Source: a virus
Taxonomy: Duplodnaviria; Caudoviricetes
Virus record (IMG/VR): IMGVR_UViG_3300020043_000777
Location: 1 to 31,169 of that record
Length of the DNA: 31,169 nt
Reading direction: 5' to 3' (one strand)
The notes under the pieces were generated by a model that was given only the letters and a program-made list of their open reading frames with translations, was not told where the DNA came from and ran no database searches. Positions 1-8,218 of the stretch are shown here, piece after piece (the stretch's first letter is position 1; every line of letters begins with the position of its first letter). The position numbers and the translations under genes are program-made.

Positions 1-567
1 TTGTTTGCCGATTGGGCAAATCGTGGCATAAATATGTGGACCATTGAGCAGGGCCAACAAGTCCTGACATCCGGTACTGCCACGTATACACTTCCCGCTG
101 ACACGGTAGATCTTATTGAGCATGTGATCCGCACCGGTGCTGGCTCTGCGTCCACGCAGGCTGACCTGACAATCACGCGCATCTCGGTCTCAACCTACTC
201 ATCCATCCCGAACAAACTACAGCAGGCAAGGCCGATTCAGGTGTGGATCAACCGCCAGCAACCTGCCCCTACAATCACAGTGTGGCCCACGCCTGACAAT
301 TCTCAGACGTACACGTTTGTCTACTGGCGGCTTCGCAGGATTCAGGACGCTGGTGCAGGCGGCACGTACACGCAAGACATCCCATTCCGTTTCCTCAATG
401 CTTTGGTGTCTGGACTGGCGTATTACTTGTCCATGAAGATCCCCGGCGCGATGGAGCGGATGCAGGTACTAAAGGCGCAGTACGATCAGGATTGGGATCT
501 TGCATCCACTGAGGACCGCGAAAAGGCCGCTGTCCGGTTCGTGCCCCGTCAACAATTCATCTCATGA
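1..567 (+). CDS. Head-tail adaptor / tail ring-like virion protein (5'-truncated at window edge)
   Basis: ORF open from base 1. Pattern LTSG..YTLPAD ... RP ... VWPTPD..TYT..Y ... FLNALV.GLAYYL resembles podoviral adaptor/ring proteins (recall). Lies at the start of the structural operon; its stop overlaps the next ATG (ATGA 564-567). Confidence 0.6.
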   Translation: MFADWANRGINMWTIEQGQQVLTSGTATYTLPADTVDLIEHVIRTGAGSASTQADLTITRISVSTYSSIPNKLQQARPIQVWINRQQPAPTITVWPTPDNSQTYTFVYWRLRRIQDAGAGGTYTQDIPFRFLNALVSGLAYYLSMKIPGAMERMQVLKAQYDQDWDLASTEDREKAAVRFVPRQQFIS

Positions 568-956
568 GCAATCGCTTTGCAAACGGCGCAAAGGCATTTG
601 GTTTCTGCGATGTCTGTGGTTTCCGTTTCAACCTCAAGAAGCTGAAGAATCTCGTCGTTAAGACTAAGCAAACTGCGATCAAAGCATGTCCTCAATGCTG
701 GACCCCAGATCAACCCCAATTACAACTGGGTATGTACCCAGTTTCAGACCCCCAGGCTATCCGTGATCCCCGCCCTGACACAAACACTTGGTACTCGTCT
801 GGTCTGACTGCTACGGGCTCGTTCGGTGAGGGTAGCCGAGTGATTGAGTGGGGCTGGAACCCGGTTGGTGGTTCCAGAAGTTTTGATGCCGCCTTGACGC
901 CGAATGCCTTGGTGGGGCAGGGATATGTTGGCTCGGTCACGGTAGCGACAACATGA
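564..956 (+). CDS. Conserved phage virion-module protein with CxxC...CxxC zinc ribbon
   Basis: CDVC (aa 15-18) and CPQC motifs followed by PQLQLG...DPQAIRDPRPD. ATGA-coupled at both ends. Confidence 0.7.
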   Translation: MSNRFANGAKAFGFCDVCGFRFNLKKLKNLVVKTKQTAIKACPQCWTPDQPQLQLGMYPVSDPQAIRDPRPDTNTWYSSGLTATGSFGEGSRVIEWGWNPVGGSRSFDAALTPNALVGQGYVGSVTVATT

Positions 957-1465
957 AGCAGTGTAATAAATGCCTAGAGGTTAAGCCTTTAAGCGAATAC
1001 CACAAAAAAAGCACCGCAAAAGATGGGCTTATGTGGTGGTGTAACACGTGCCATAGGCAATATGTAAAAGAAAAGTACCACTTGTATAAGACGCAACCAG
1101 GATATATCGAAAAGGAAAAGCGTAGATTGACCGCGTACAGACAAGCGCACCCTGAAAAAATTATTGAAAACGCAAAAACGTTTGCTGTAAAGCGCCCTGG
1201 CTACAGAAACGCGCAAGCAAAAAAACACGTTCTTTCAAAACAACAACGTACACCTAAATGGTTGACATCCGATGATTTTTGGTTAATTAATGAGGCGTAT
1301 GATCTTGCGGCCATAAGAACAAAAATGTTTGGTTTCCCGTGGCATGTTGATCACATCGTGCCATTGAACGGAAGGCTTGTGTCTGGGCTGCATGTGCCTC
1401 ATAATCTTCAAGTGATCCCAGGCCGACTAAACCGCGTAAAGTCCAATTTGTACCAAGTTTCCTAA
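953..1465 (+). CDS. Free-standing HNH (homing-type) endonuclease
   Basis: N-terminal CNKC...CNTC Zn motif and C-terminal WHVDHIVPL.G..VSGLHVPHNLQVIP...N.VKSN HNH signature. Visibly more A/T-rich than its flanks. Confidence 0.9.
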   Translation: MKQCNKCLEVKPLSEYHKKSTAKDGLMWWCNTCHRQYVKEKYHLYKTQPGYIEKEKRRLTAYRQAHPEKIIENAKTFAVKRPGYRNAQAKKHVLSKQQRTPKWLTSDDFWLINEAYDLAAIRTKMFGFPWHVDHIVPLNGRLVSGLHVPHNLQVIPGRLNRVKSNLYQVS

Positions 1466-1471
1466 GGAGCG

Positions 1472-1636
1472 ATGATGAAGAAAGATGCAATGGCCGCTCT
1501 CCGAGCCCATGCCAAGAAGCCTGCTGGCGAAGCTCACGGCAAGACGCCGGGTTTCAAGAAGGGCGGTCCCACCACTGAGGATCGCATGAAGTACGGGAAG
1601 AACCTGTCCCGCGCCATGAACCAGAAGACGGGGTGA
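1472..1636 (+). CDS. Small basic virion-module protein, 54 aa (absent from ORF track)
   Basis: Translated by hand: MMKKDAMAALRAHAKKPAGEAHGKTPGFKKGGPTTEDRMKYGKNLSRAMNQKTG*. RBS AAGGAG at 1464-1469 (better spaced for the ATG at 1475). Exactly fills the gap between the HNH and the 1640 ORF. Confidence 0.8.
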   Translation: MMKKDAMAALRAHAKKPAGEAHGKTPGFKKGGPTTEDRMKYGKNLSRAMNQKTG

Positions 1637-1639
1637 AAC

Positions 1640-1831
1640 ATGGGCAAGATCACAAAACTGCCGCCTGCCAAGCAGGCATACCCGCAAGAGGCTGAGAACC
1701 CTCGGGATCTGTGTGTGGTGATGGGCAACATTTCTAAAAGCCCCTCTCCTGGCCCAAAGACCACCGGCATCAAGCAGCGTGGGTCTGGTGCCGCTACTCG
1801 CGGATTCATGTCCCGTGGGCCGATGGCGTAA
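1640..1831 (+). CDS. Small basic virion-module protein, 63 aa
   Basis: 3-nt gaps on both sides. C-terminal GIKQRGSGAATRGFMSRGPMA is a type of ending I recall from related uncultured phages. Confidence 0.75.
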   Translation: MGKITKLPPAKQAYPQEAENPRDLCVVMGNISKSPSPGPKTTGIKQRGSGAATRGFMSRGPMA

Positions 1832-1834
1832 AGC

Positions 1835-2485
1835 ATGAACTACACCGAGTTGCAGACTGCCGTGGAGGATAGTACTGAGAACACATTCTCAGCGACAGAT
1901 TTTGCGCTCCTGACAAAGCTGTCAGAGCAGCGCATATACAACTCGGTGCAGCTTCCTGCGCTGCGCAAAAACGTCACGGGCACGTTGACAAGCGGGAATC
2001 AGTACCTTGCAGCGCCGACAGACTTCCTGTCTGTCTTCAGTCTTGCGGTAATTGATGGGTCTGGGAACTACGAGTATTTGCTAAACAAGGATGTAAACTT
2101 CATCCGCTCAGCGTTTCCAAACCCCAGCACGACAGGCACGCCAAAGTACTACGCCCTGTTCGGCCCTGACTCGTCAAATTTAACGGAACTGACGCTCATC
2201 CTTGGCCCGACGCCCAGCGCGGGGCTGACGGCAGAACTGCACTACTTCTACTACCCGGTCAGCATAGTGACTGCTGGTACGTCATGGTTGGGTGACAACT
2301 TTGACTCTGTGCTGTTTAACGCAGTGATGGTCGAAGCCGCTCGGTTCATGAAGCAAGAGCCAGACATCATGGCGATGATGGACAAAGAGTATGCGCAGTC
2401 AATGGATTTGTTGAAGAACCTTGGCGACGGAAAGCAGCGGCAAGATGCCTACCGTAGTGGGCAAGTTCGTTACCCAGTTAAGTAA
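1835..2485 (+). CDS. Head-tail adaptor / tail tubular protein A-like
   Basis: MNYTELQTAV...EQRIYNSVQLPALRKNVTGTLT...P.DFL...GTPKYYA...LGPTP....ELHYFYYP...WLGDNF pattern is typical of podoviral adaptor proteins. Shares motifs with ORF 1..567. Confidence 0.7.
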   Translation: MNYTELQTAVEDSTENTFSATDFALLTKLSEQRIYNSVQLPALRKNVTGTLTSGNQYLAAPTDFLSVFSLAVIDGSGNYEYLLNKDVNFIRSAFPNPSTTGTPKYYALFGPDSSNLTELTLILGPTPSAGLTAELHYFYYPVSIVTAGTSWLGDNFDSVLFNAVMVEAARFMKQEPDIMAMMDKEYAQSMDLLKNLGDGKQRQDAYRSGQVRYPVK

Positions 2486-2495
2486 GGAATAAAAA

Positions 2496-2918
2496 ATGGC
2501 TATCACTCAAGCAATGTGCAGTTCGTTCAAGCAACAGCTTTTCTTGGCTGAGCATGACATGGACACCGACACATTCAAGATTGCGCTGTACACCTCGGCA
2601 GCATCTTTGGACGCATCCACAACGGTGTATACGACCTCTAACGAGGTGGCATCTGGCGGGGGCTACACCACTGGCGGAAACACGCTTAGCGGTGCTACGG
2701 TGTCTTTGACTGGGACCACAGCGTTTGTGGACTTCTCAGATACGTCTTGGACAACAGCGACCATCACAGCCCGAGGGGCGTTGATCTATAACTCCAGTAA
2801 ATCCAACAAAGCGGTTGCGGTGCTGGACTTTGGATCGGACAAGATCTCTACCGGTGGCACGTTTACCATCCAGTTCCCGACCAATGATGCGACGAACGCT
2901 ATCCTGCGGATTGCGTAA
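2496..2918 (+). CDS. Conserved virion structural protein (putative fibre-attachment/decoration protein)
   Basis: MAITQAMCSSFK...FKIALYTS...GYTTGG.TL...DFSD..W...TITARGALIYN...AVAVLDFGSDK....GTFTIQFP, a beta-rich family common in aquatic phages (recall). RBS AAGGA just upstream. Confidence 0.7.
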   Translation: MAITQAMCSSFKQQLFLAEHDMDTDTFKIALYTSAASLDASTTVYTTSNEVASGGGYTTGGNTLSGATVSLTGTTAFVDFSDTSWTTATITARGALIYNSSKSNKAVAVLDFGSDKISTGGTFTIQFPTNDATNAILRIA

Positions 2919-2930
2919 CCGGAGCCTGTT

Positions 2931-3353
2931 ATGGCTGACAACGTAGGGTATACCCCAGGTGCTGGTGCCGTAATTGCTGCTGATGACATCGGCGGCGTAC
3001 TGCACCAGCGCGTAAAAATTGGCGTTGGCGCGGACAACACAGCGGTAGATGTTTCTGACGTAAATCCGATGCCGGTGTCAGACACCGTTGCAGAAGAAAC
3101 GCGCCAGAACATGGCGCTTCTGCTGGTGAGGATGTTGAACTACTTGAATAGCCCAATGGGCTATGACAAGTCCCTACAGCGTCAACGGGGCACGGTGGTT
3201 GTCGAGTCTGGCACGGTTACCACGGTTACCACGGTTACCACGGTCGCCAACATCACTTCGCTCAACAACATTGACGGCTATAACGGGCGTATGCAAATCC
3301 TAGATCAAAACCGCGTAGCATGGGCGCAGTGTGTGCGCGCAAGGATTACTTAA
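2931..3353 (+). CDS. Hypothetical structural protein, first gene of a putative fibre-tip cassette
   Basis: Operonic spacing, GGAG RBS at 2921-2924, internal TVTTVTTVTTV run, stop abuts the next ATG. Confidence 0.7.
   Translation: MADNVGYTPGAGAVIAADDIGGVLHQRVKIGVGADNTAVDVSDVNPMPVSDTVAEETRQNMALLLVRMLNYLNSPMGYDKSLQRQRGTVVVESGTVTTVTTVTTVANITSLNNIDGYNGRMQILDQNRVAWAQCVRARIT
3212..3244 (+). repeat. Perfect 9-bp tandem repeat (CACGGTTAC x ~3.7), in frame, encoding TVT repeats
   Basis: Read directly: cacggttac cacggttac cacggttac cacggt. Confidence 0.9.
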
Positions 3354-4973
3354 ATGGCAAACACCTTCAAAAAAGTTATTGACCGGTTAGTGTGGTCGCA
3401 GGTTGCGCCTACGCCTAACGCTTCTGCGGCGGCAACGTCGATGTGTTCTGACTTGCGATCAGACATTTCTCGCAATCCATTCGTGTACCAGTTGGTTAGC
3501 AATACAGTGCTGAACCGGTATAACATCGTGACAAAGGGGTGGGCGCTAGTTCAATCTCCTGCGCTTGCTGGCACGTTCGGCGCTGGTTCTGCGATGGCTT
3601 TTGCTCCGTCGCTTGGGCTGGTTGGCACCATCGCCGCAGGCGCGACCACCACATCGGTCGTGATCTCTACTGCGTTCCCAACGGCGGTCGGCCTGAATAT
3701 GCTGGCAAACCGTGGCGGCTCGGGTGAGTACGGCTTTAAGCTGCGTATCATCGACGGCACCGCAGGTAAAACTGCTGAGCGATACATCACGGGCAACACG
3801 GCGGGCACGACACCAACTATCACGGTGCTGTCCTCATTCGGATTCACGCCTTCTACCGGCGCTCGATACGAGATCATTGCTGGACGCGTGTTCATGCTGG
3901 GCGCGGGCACCACAGCAGCAAACATCTGGCGCTCATTTGAGGTTGCGTCCAACACGTTGTCCACGGGTCTAAGCACTACCAACCTGCCTGCAACGATTGG
4001 CACCGACTCCGACATTATGGTGTTGGACGAGCAGTACACGCCTTACGACAATTCCCCCGGGGACGGGATGATCAAGGGAGCGTACAACTACGATACCGGT
4101 GTAGTTTCTCGCTACGCCCTGACAGCAACAGCTACTGGCGCTTCATCTATTACCGGTCAGGCAACGCTGGGCGACGCAGTTGTTTTGGCAAACGAGTATC
4201 GCAACTTCCAGATCCGCATTGTTGAGGATACAACCAATACCACAGCAGTTGGACAGCGGCGTATCATTGCTTCGCATACCGCAGGGCCTTCGCCTGTTTA
4301 CACGCTTGGCACAGCTTGGGCAGTAACACCTTCGTCAACAGCCAAGTACGTTATTGAGTTGCCAAATTTGCTGCTGATGCGCTCTACGGCTACCACCACG
4401 GTTTACACCTACAACTATGGTGATGCCACGGTCAACAACGGCACAAACAGCATTGCATCGGCAGCATGGTCAACCACGTACTTTGGCGCGGCCCCTGCCG
4501 CAAACGCAGCGGCGGGTATGTGGATGCCATCGTGGGGGATTCAGCCGGACGCTAATCGAAACGCGCGACAGTCGTTCTGTTATTTCTTCCGTGGCGGCGC
4601 GGCAACACTGGATGTACTGGATATTGCGGCTTCAATTACAGGTACTTGGACTGGTGCAGTGGTGTACGACGGGTCGCCCGGTGCATTCCCAGCAGTGGGA
4701 TCATGCGGTGGATATTCGCCCTTTGACAATGAAGGGCGCATGTTCTATCTCAATTTGTACGTGGCATCGGCAGTGAACCAAATATACAGGTTCGACGTAC
4801 AAAACCGTGTATTGGCCCCGTTCACGCCAACGGACTTCTTGCAATCGGGCGCTGCTACGTTGGGTAAACGAATTGCCTGTTACGCTGCTTTGGATGGCAA
4901 CGACACTTACGATGTAGTTCTGTTGAACTCTCATCTCTCCACGGTCGCGCAGGAAATGGTGGTGCTGGTATGA
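3354..4973 (+). CDS. 539-aa Thr/Ala/Gly-rich beta protein, putative propeller-like receptor-binding/fibre tip protein
   Basis: Long ORF with operon-like codon use. Two similar inserted beta modules (FKLRIIDGTAGKTAERYITGNT.G and FQIRIVEDTT..AVGQRRIIASHT.G, each ending TPS..A.Y.I). Blade-like Y..RYD/FD...W spacing. Confidence 0.6.
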   Translation: MANTFKKVIDRLVWSQVAPTPNASAAATSMCSDLRSDISRNPFVYQLVSNTVLNRYNIVTKGWALVQSPALAGTFGAGSAMAFAPSLGLVGTIAAGATTTSVVISTAFPTAVGLNMLANRGGSGEYGFKLRIIDGTAGKTAERYITGNTAGTTPTITVLSSFGFTPSTGARYEIIAGRVFMLGAGTTAANIWRSFEVASNTLSTGLSTTNLPATIGTDSDIMVLDEQYTPYDNSPGDGMIKGAYNYDTGVVSRYALTATATGASSITGQATLGDAVVLANEYRNFQIRIVEDTTNTTAVGQRRIIASHTAGPSPVYTLGTAWAVTPSSTAKYVIELPNLLLMRSTATTTVYTYNYGDATVNNGTNSIASAAWSTTYFGAAPAANAAAGMWMPSWGIQPDANRNARQSFCYFFRGGAATLDVLDIAASITGTWTGAVVYDGSPGAFPAVGSCGGYSPFDNEGRMFYLNLYVASAVNQIYRFDVQNRVLAPFTPTDFLQSGAATLGKRIACYAALDGNDTYDVVLLNSHLSTVAQEMVVLV

Positions 4974-5134
4974 GCATTTCCGAACTGATCCAGCTTGTCA
5001 GTTACAAGCTGTCTGCGCTGAACTCTGCTCGTGCCTCCGCCGTTTCGGTGGGGGACTTGACTCAGGTGGTAGCACTTGACGCGCAGATCTCGCAGACGCA
5101 ACTGACTCTGGATCAGCTAAAGACGCTGGAGTAA
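4970..5134 (+). CDS. Small helical-hairpin protein, 54 aa (absent from ORF track)
   Basis: Translated by hand: MSISELIQLVSYKLSALNSARASAVSVGDLTQVVALDAQISQTQLTLDQLKTLE*. ATGA overlap with the upstream stop, ends 3 nt before the next ATG, amphipathic heptad pattern. Confidence 0.8.
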   Translation: MSISELIQLVSYKLSALNSARASAVSVGDLTQVVALDAQISQTQLTLDQLKTLE

Positions 5135-5137
5135 TCC

Positions 5138-6085
5138 ATGCTGCTTACCCTGCTCCAATCTGCAGGGGCAGGTTCTGTCGTCGTTCTTGCGACGGGCGTT
5201 CAAGCCACTGGGCAGGTAGGTAACGTCACCGTAACGGGTGATGCGCTTGTTCTTCTCTCTGGCGTACAGGCTACAGGACAGGTCGGCACTGTTACCGCCA
5301 CGGGCGGGGCAGTTGTCCCGGTTACGGGGGTTGAGGCTACAGGACAGGTCGGAACCGTAACGGTAACGATTGGCGTCGATGTAACAGTCCTAGTCACTGG
5401 AGTCGAGGCTACCGGCCAAGTTGGCACCGTCACAGTTGTATTTGGTGCCGTTGTACAAGTTACAGGGGTCCAAGCCACCGGCCAAGTCGGCACCGTCACT
5501 GTAGATTTGACACTGGATGTCCCGGTCACAGGCGTCCAGGCTACAGGTCAAGTTGGCACGGTTACGGTCACTGGCGCAGCAGTTGTGCCTGTCACGGGGG
5601 TTCAGGCCACTGGGCAAGTCGGCACAGTCAACGCCTTCACAGATATCACGGTCCCTGTCACAGGCGTTCAAGCCACGGGGCAGCTTGGTACGGTCACGGT
5701 CACTGCTGGTGCAACGGCAGAAGTCACTGGAGTTCAGGCTACAGGGCAGATAGGCGATGTCACCGTCACCGGCGCAGCGCTGGTGCAGCCCACAGGGGTT
5801 GAGGCGCAAGGGTTTGTTGGCACCGTCACAGTTGATCTGACGCTGATCGTCCCAGTCACTGGGGTCCAGGCGCAGGGTTTTGTAGGGACCGTTTCGGTTA
5901 CGGGCGGCGCTACCATAGTTCCTACTGGCGTGCAAGCGCTTGGACTGGTAGGATACGTCAATGTCTGGGGGCTGGTGCCCAACAACCAAAACCCAAATTG
6001 GACAGGGGTTGTGGATACCCAATCGGCAGGATGGGTTCTGGTCCCAACGGTCCAAGGTCCGAACTGGACGCAAATAGTTAACTGA
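5138..6085 (+). CDS. Repeat-shaft virion fibre protein
   Basis: Twelve ~22-aa repeats of VTGV(Q/E)ATGQVGTVTV and a C-terminal W-spaced tail (VWGLV..QNPNWT.V...Q..GW..V...Q.PNWTQI). GGAG RBS upstream. Confidence 0.75.
   Translation: MLLTLLQSAGAGSVVVLATGVQATGQVGNVTVTGDALVLLSGVQATGQVGTVTATGGAVVPVTGVEATGQVGTVTVTIGVDVTVLVTGVEATGQVGTVTVVFGAVVQVTGVQATGQVGTVTVDLTLDVPVTGVQATGQVGTVTVTGAAVVPVTGVQATGQVGTVNAFTDITVPVTGVQATGQLGTVTVTAGATAEVTGVQATGQIGDVTVTGAALVQPTGVEAQGFVGTVTVDLTLIVPVTGVQAQGFVGTVSVTGGATIVPTGVQALGLVGYVNVWGLVPNNQNPNWTGVVDTQSAGWVLVPTVQGPNWTQIVN
5177..5970 (+). repeat. Coding tandem repeat, ~66-bp period x 12, synonymously diverged
   Basis: Twelve GV[QE]A cores counted in the translation. DNA copies differ mostly at third codon positions. 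Confidence 0.9.
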
Positions 6086-6093
6086 GGTAAAAC

Positions 6094-7715
6094 ATGCCTT
6101 CTTCATACACCACCTCGCTACGTCTGACACTTCCTGCTACAGGTGAGCTTGGGGGGCAGTGGGGCAATACAGTAAACACCGGTATTACGGAACTGCTTGA
6201 TGCTTCGGTAGCCGGTACGACTACGATCTCTACATGGGGCGGAGCAGGGATTGCTTATACGCTGAGCAACAACAGCGGTTTGTCGGACGAAGCACGCCGG
6301 ATGTTCATCGTGGCGACGGGTACTCCGGGTGAAGCCAAAAACGTCATCTGCCCTGCGGTCAGTAAATTTTACGTGTTCAGGAACGACACCACGGGTGGCT
6401 TTGCACTGACGCTGAAGACCTCTGGTGGCACGGGAATCGCTGTCCCAGCGGGCCAGTACAAGTTCCTGTATTGCGACGGCACTGATGTTTTGGAGATGTT
6501 CAACTCTGCCGGGGCACTGACCCTGAGCGGAGCTTTGTCTGTGGGCGGGACGACGACTCTGGCTTCAAACCCGACTCTTTCCGCAGGCACCGCGTCCGGC
6601 TGACGTATCTGAATGCGTCAAAGGTGCTGACGAGCGGGAGTGCGCTGACGTTTGATGGGACGAATTTGGGAGTTGGGGTTGCGTCTCCGGGGCAGTTGAT
6701 TGACGGAACCGCTGCCAACCCGAGGCTTCGTTTGACGGCAACGACTACTGGATATTCCGCTTCCCAGTTTGTTAATTCTTCGGGTTCGTCGTATTTTGGT
6801 CGAGATAACTCCGCTGGCGGCTTTTTTGGTATTGCCAACGGAACTGTTGTTTATAGCAGCACCAATGACCCCATTGGGTTTTATTTGGGCGCGGGCGAAC
6901 AAATGCGCCTCACCAGCACCGGGCTGGGGATTGGGACGAGTTCGCCGGGGGCGAAGCTGGAGGTTTATGGCGGGGCTTCTGGCACCGTCACCAACATGCA
7001 AGTTGGCAATGCAGCGACAGCATTTTTGGTTGGCGTTGATGGCAGTAACAGCTGCCAAATTCGTACCGCGCAAAGCGTGCCAATTCTTTTCTACACTGCC
7101 GCTACCGAACGCGCCCGCATCACGAGCGGGGGTTACTTTAAAGCGAGTAATCTTGGTTCTTATTTGAGTTCAACGGGCGATTACCATGAGTTGCGTAGCA
7201 ATACAGTTAATCAACCTGTTGCCTATATTGCCAGTTCAAGCGCAACAAACCCTTATGGCATAGAAATTGACTACACCGCGCTAGATCCAAACGGAATCGG
7301 AAATAGCTTCCTTGCTTGCTACGGTACGACAACACTGCGTGCTGGAATCCGTTCTAACGGCGGCATTGCCAACTACACCGCCAACGACGTCAACCTGTCC
7401 GACCGCCGCGAGAAGACCAACTTCGCACCGGCTAAGTCTTACCTCGACACCATCTGCGCCATCCCGGTTCAGACGTTCAACTACATCGACCAATCGGAAG
7501 ATGACCCCGGCCTGACGCTGGGTGTAGTCGCGCAGGATGTTCAAGCAGTCGCGCCTGAGTTGGTGATGGAGTCCAACTGGGGCACAGAAGACAACCCCAA
7601 GATGCGCCTGAGCATCTACCAGACCGACCTGCAATATGCGCTGATGAAGTGCATCCAAGAACAGCAAGCCCTCATCACAGACCTCCGCGCCCGTGTCGCG
7701 GCGCTGGAAGCCTAA
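6094..7715 (+). CDS. Tail fibre protein with C-terminal peptidase S74 intramolecular chaperone, interrupted by a 1-nt frameshift near 6600 (ORFs 6094-6603 and 6624-7715 are one gene)
   Basis: N-terminal MPSSYTTSLRL.LPATGE..G.WG.TVN tail-anchor motif. ...LSAGTASG continues in the -1 frame as xTYLNASKVLTSGSALTFDGT. GIGTSSP and ERARITS.G fibre repeats; SDRREKTN autocleavage motif, G.VAQDV..V.PELV and a terminal coiled coil. Confidence 0.85.
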
Positions 7716-7732
7716 CCCCTGAAAGGACAACC

Positions 7733-8041
7733 ATGAACTGGCAAATCTCTTCCCTCGACCGCACCCTGCCTGACGGCTGCGTGACCACTGCCCACTGGCG
7801 TGTCTCCAAGACCGACGGCACCGCTTCTGGCAGCGTCTACGGCACGATCAGCCTGCCCCACAAAGACTCGCACGAGCCCGACTTCATCCCTTACGATCAA
7901 CTCACCGAAGCGCAAGTCGTTCAGTGGGTCAAGGACGAGATGGGTGCCAACCAAGTCTCTGCGTATGAGGCCGCAGTGCAAGGGAAAATTGACGCTCAAG
8001 TCAACCCCACAACCGCCTCTGGAACTCCTTGGAGCAACTGA
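7733..8041 (+). CDS. Tail fibre-associated protein, 102 aa (start revised to 7733)
   Basis: AAAGGA RBS at 7722-7727 before ATG 7733. MNWQI..L...V.T.HW...FIPYDQLTE.QV.QWV...G.PW pattern is typical of genes following S74 fibres. Confidence 0.75.
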   Translation: MNWQISSLDRTLPDGCVTTAHWRVSKTDGTASGSVYGTISLPHKDSHEPDFIPYDQLTEAQVVQWVKDEMGANQVSAYEAAVQGKIDAQVNPTTASGTPWSN

Positions 8042-8214
8042 TGAAAACCGATACCCCTATCACCCTGACCCTTGGCCTTATCAACGCCATGCTGCAATAC
8101 CTCGGTACGCGCCCCTACGCGGAAGTCTTCCCGCTGGTGCAGGAGATCCAAGCGCAAGCCATGCCGCAGGTGCCTGTGCCTGCTCCGCAGGACGAAGCCG
8201 CATTGAACGACTGA
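8041..8214 (+). CDS. Small hypothetical protein, 57 aa
   Basis: TGA/ATG overlap at 8041, GGAG RBS at 8031-8034, sequence LINAMLQYLGTRPYAEVFPLVQEIQAQA. Confidence 0.7.
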   Translation: MKTDTPITLTLGLINAMLQYLGTRPYAEVFPLVQEIQAQAMPQVPVPAPQDEAALND

Positions 8215-8218
8215 CATC

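Noticed and set aside
953-1465. Group I intron or intein hosting the HNH or the GIY-YIG-like gene
   Set aside because: Both lie between intact genes with essentially no flanking non-coding sequence for a ribozyme core.
5200-6130. Long - strand ORFs (5200-5529, 5390-6130, 5734-5985)
   Set aside because: Shadows of the repetitive Val/Thr/Gly fibre gene, with no RBS or independent protein character.
6567-6573. A-AAC-CCG heptamer as a programmed -1 frameshift site for the tail fibre
   Set aside because: It fits X-XXY-YYZ only with non-canonical Y=C, and shifting there would replace TLSAGTASG with DSFRRHRVR, destroying the expected linker.
7649-7732. Upstream-extended starts in the ORF track (7649; likewise 8029, 10087 on -, 11864, 30908 and 31080)
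   Set aside because: Internal ATGs have better RBS or coupling and avoid long overlaps, so the starts were revised.
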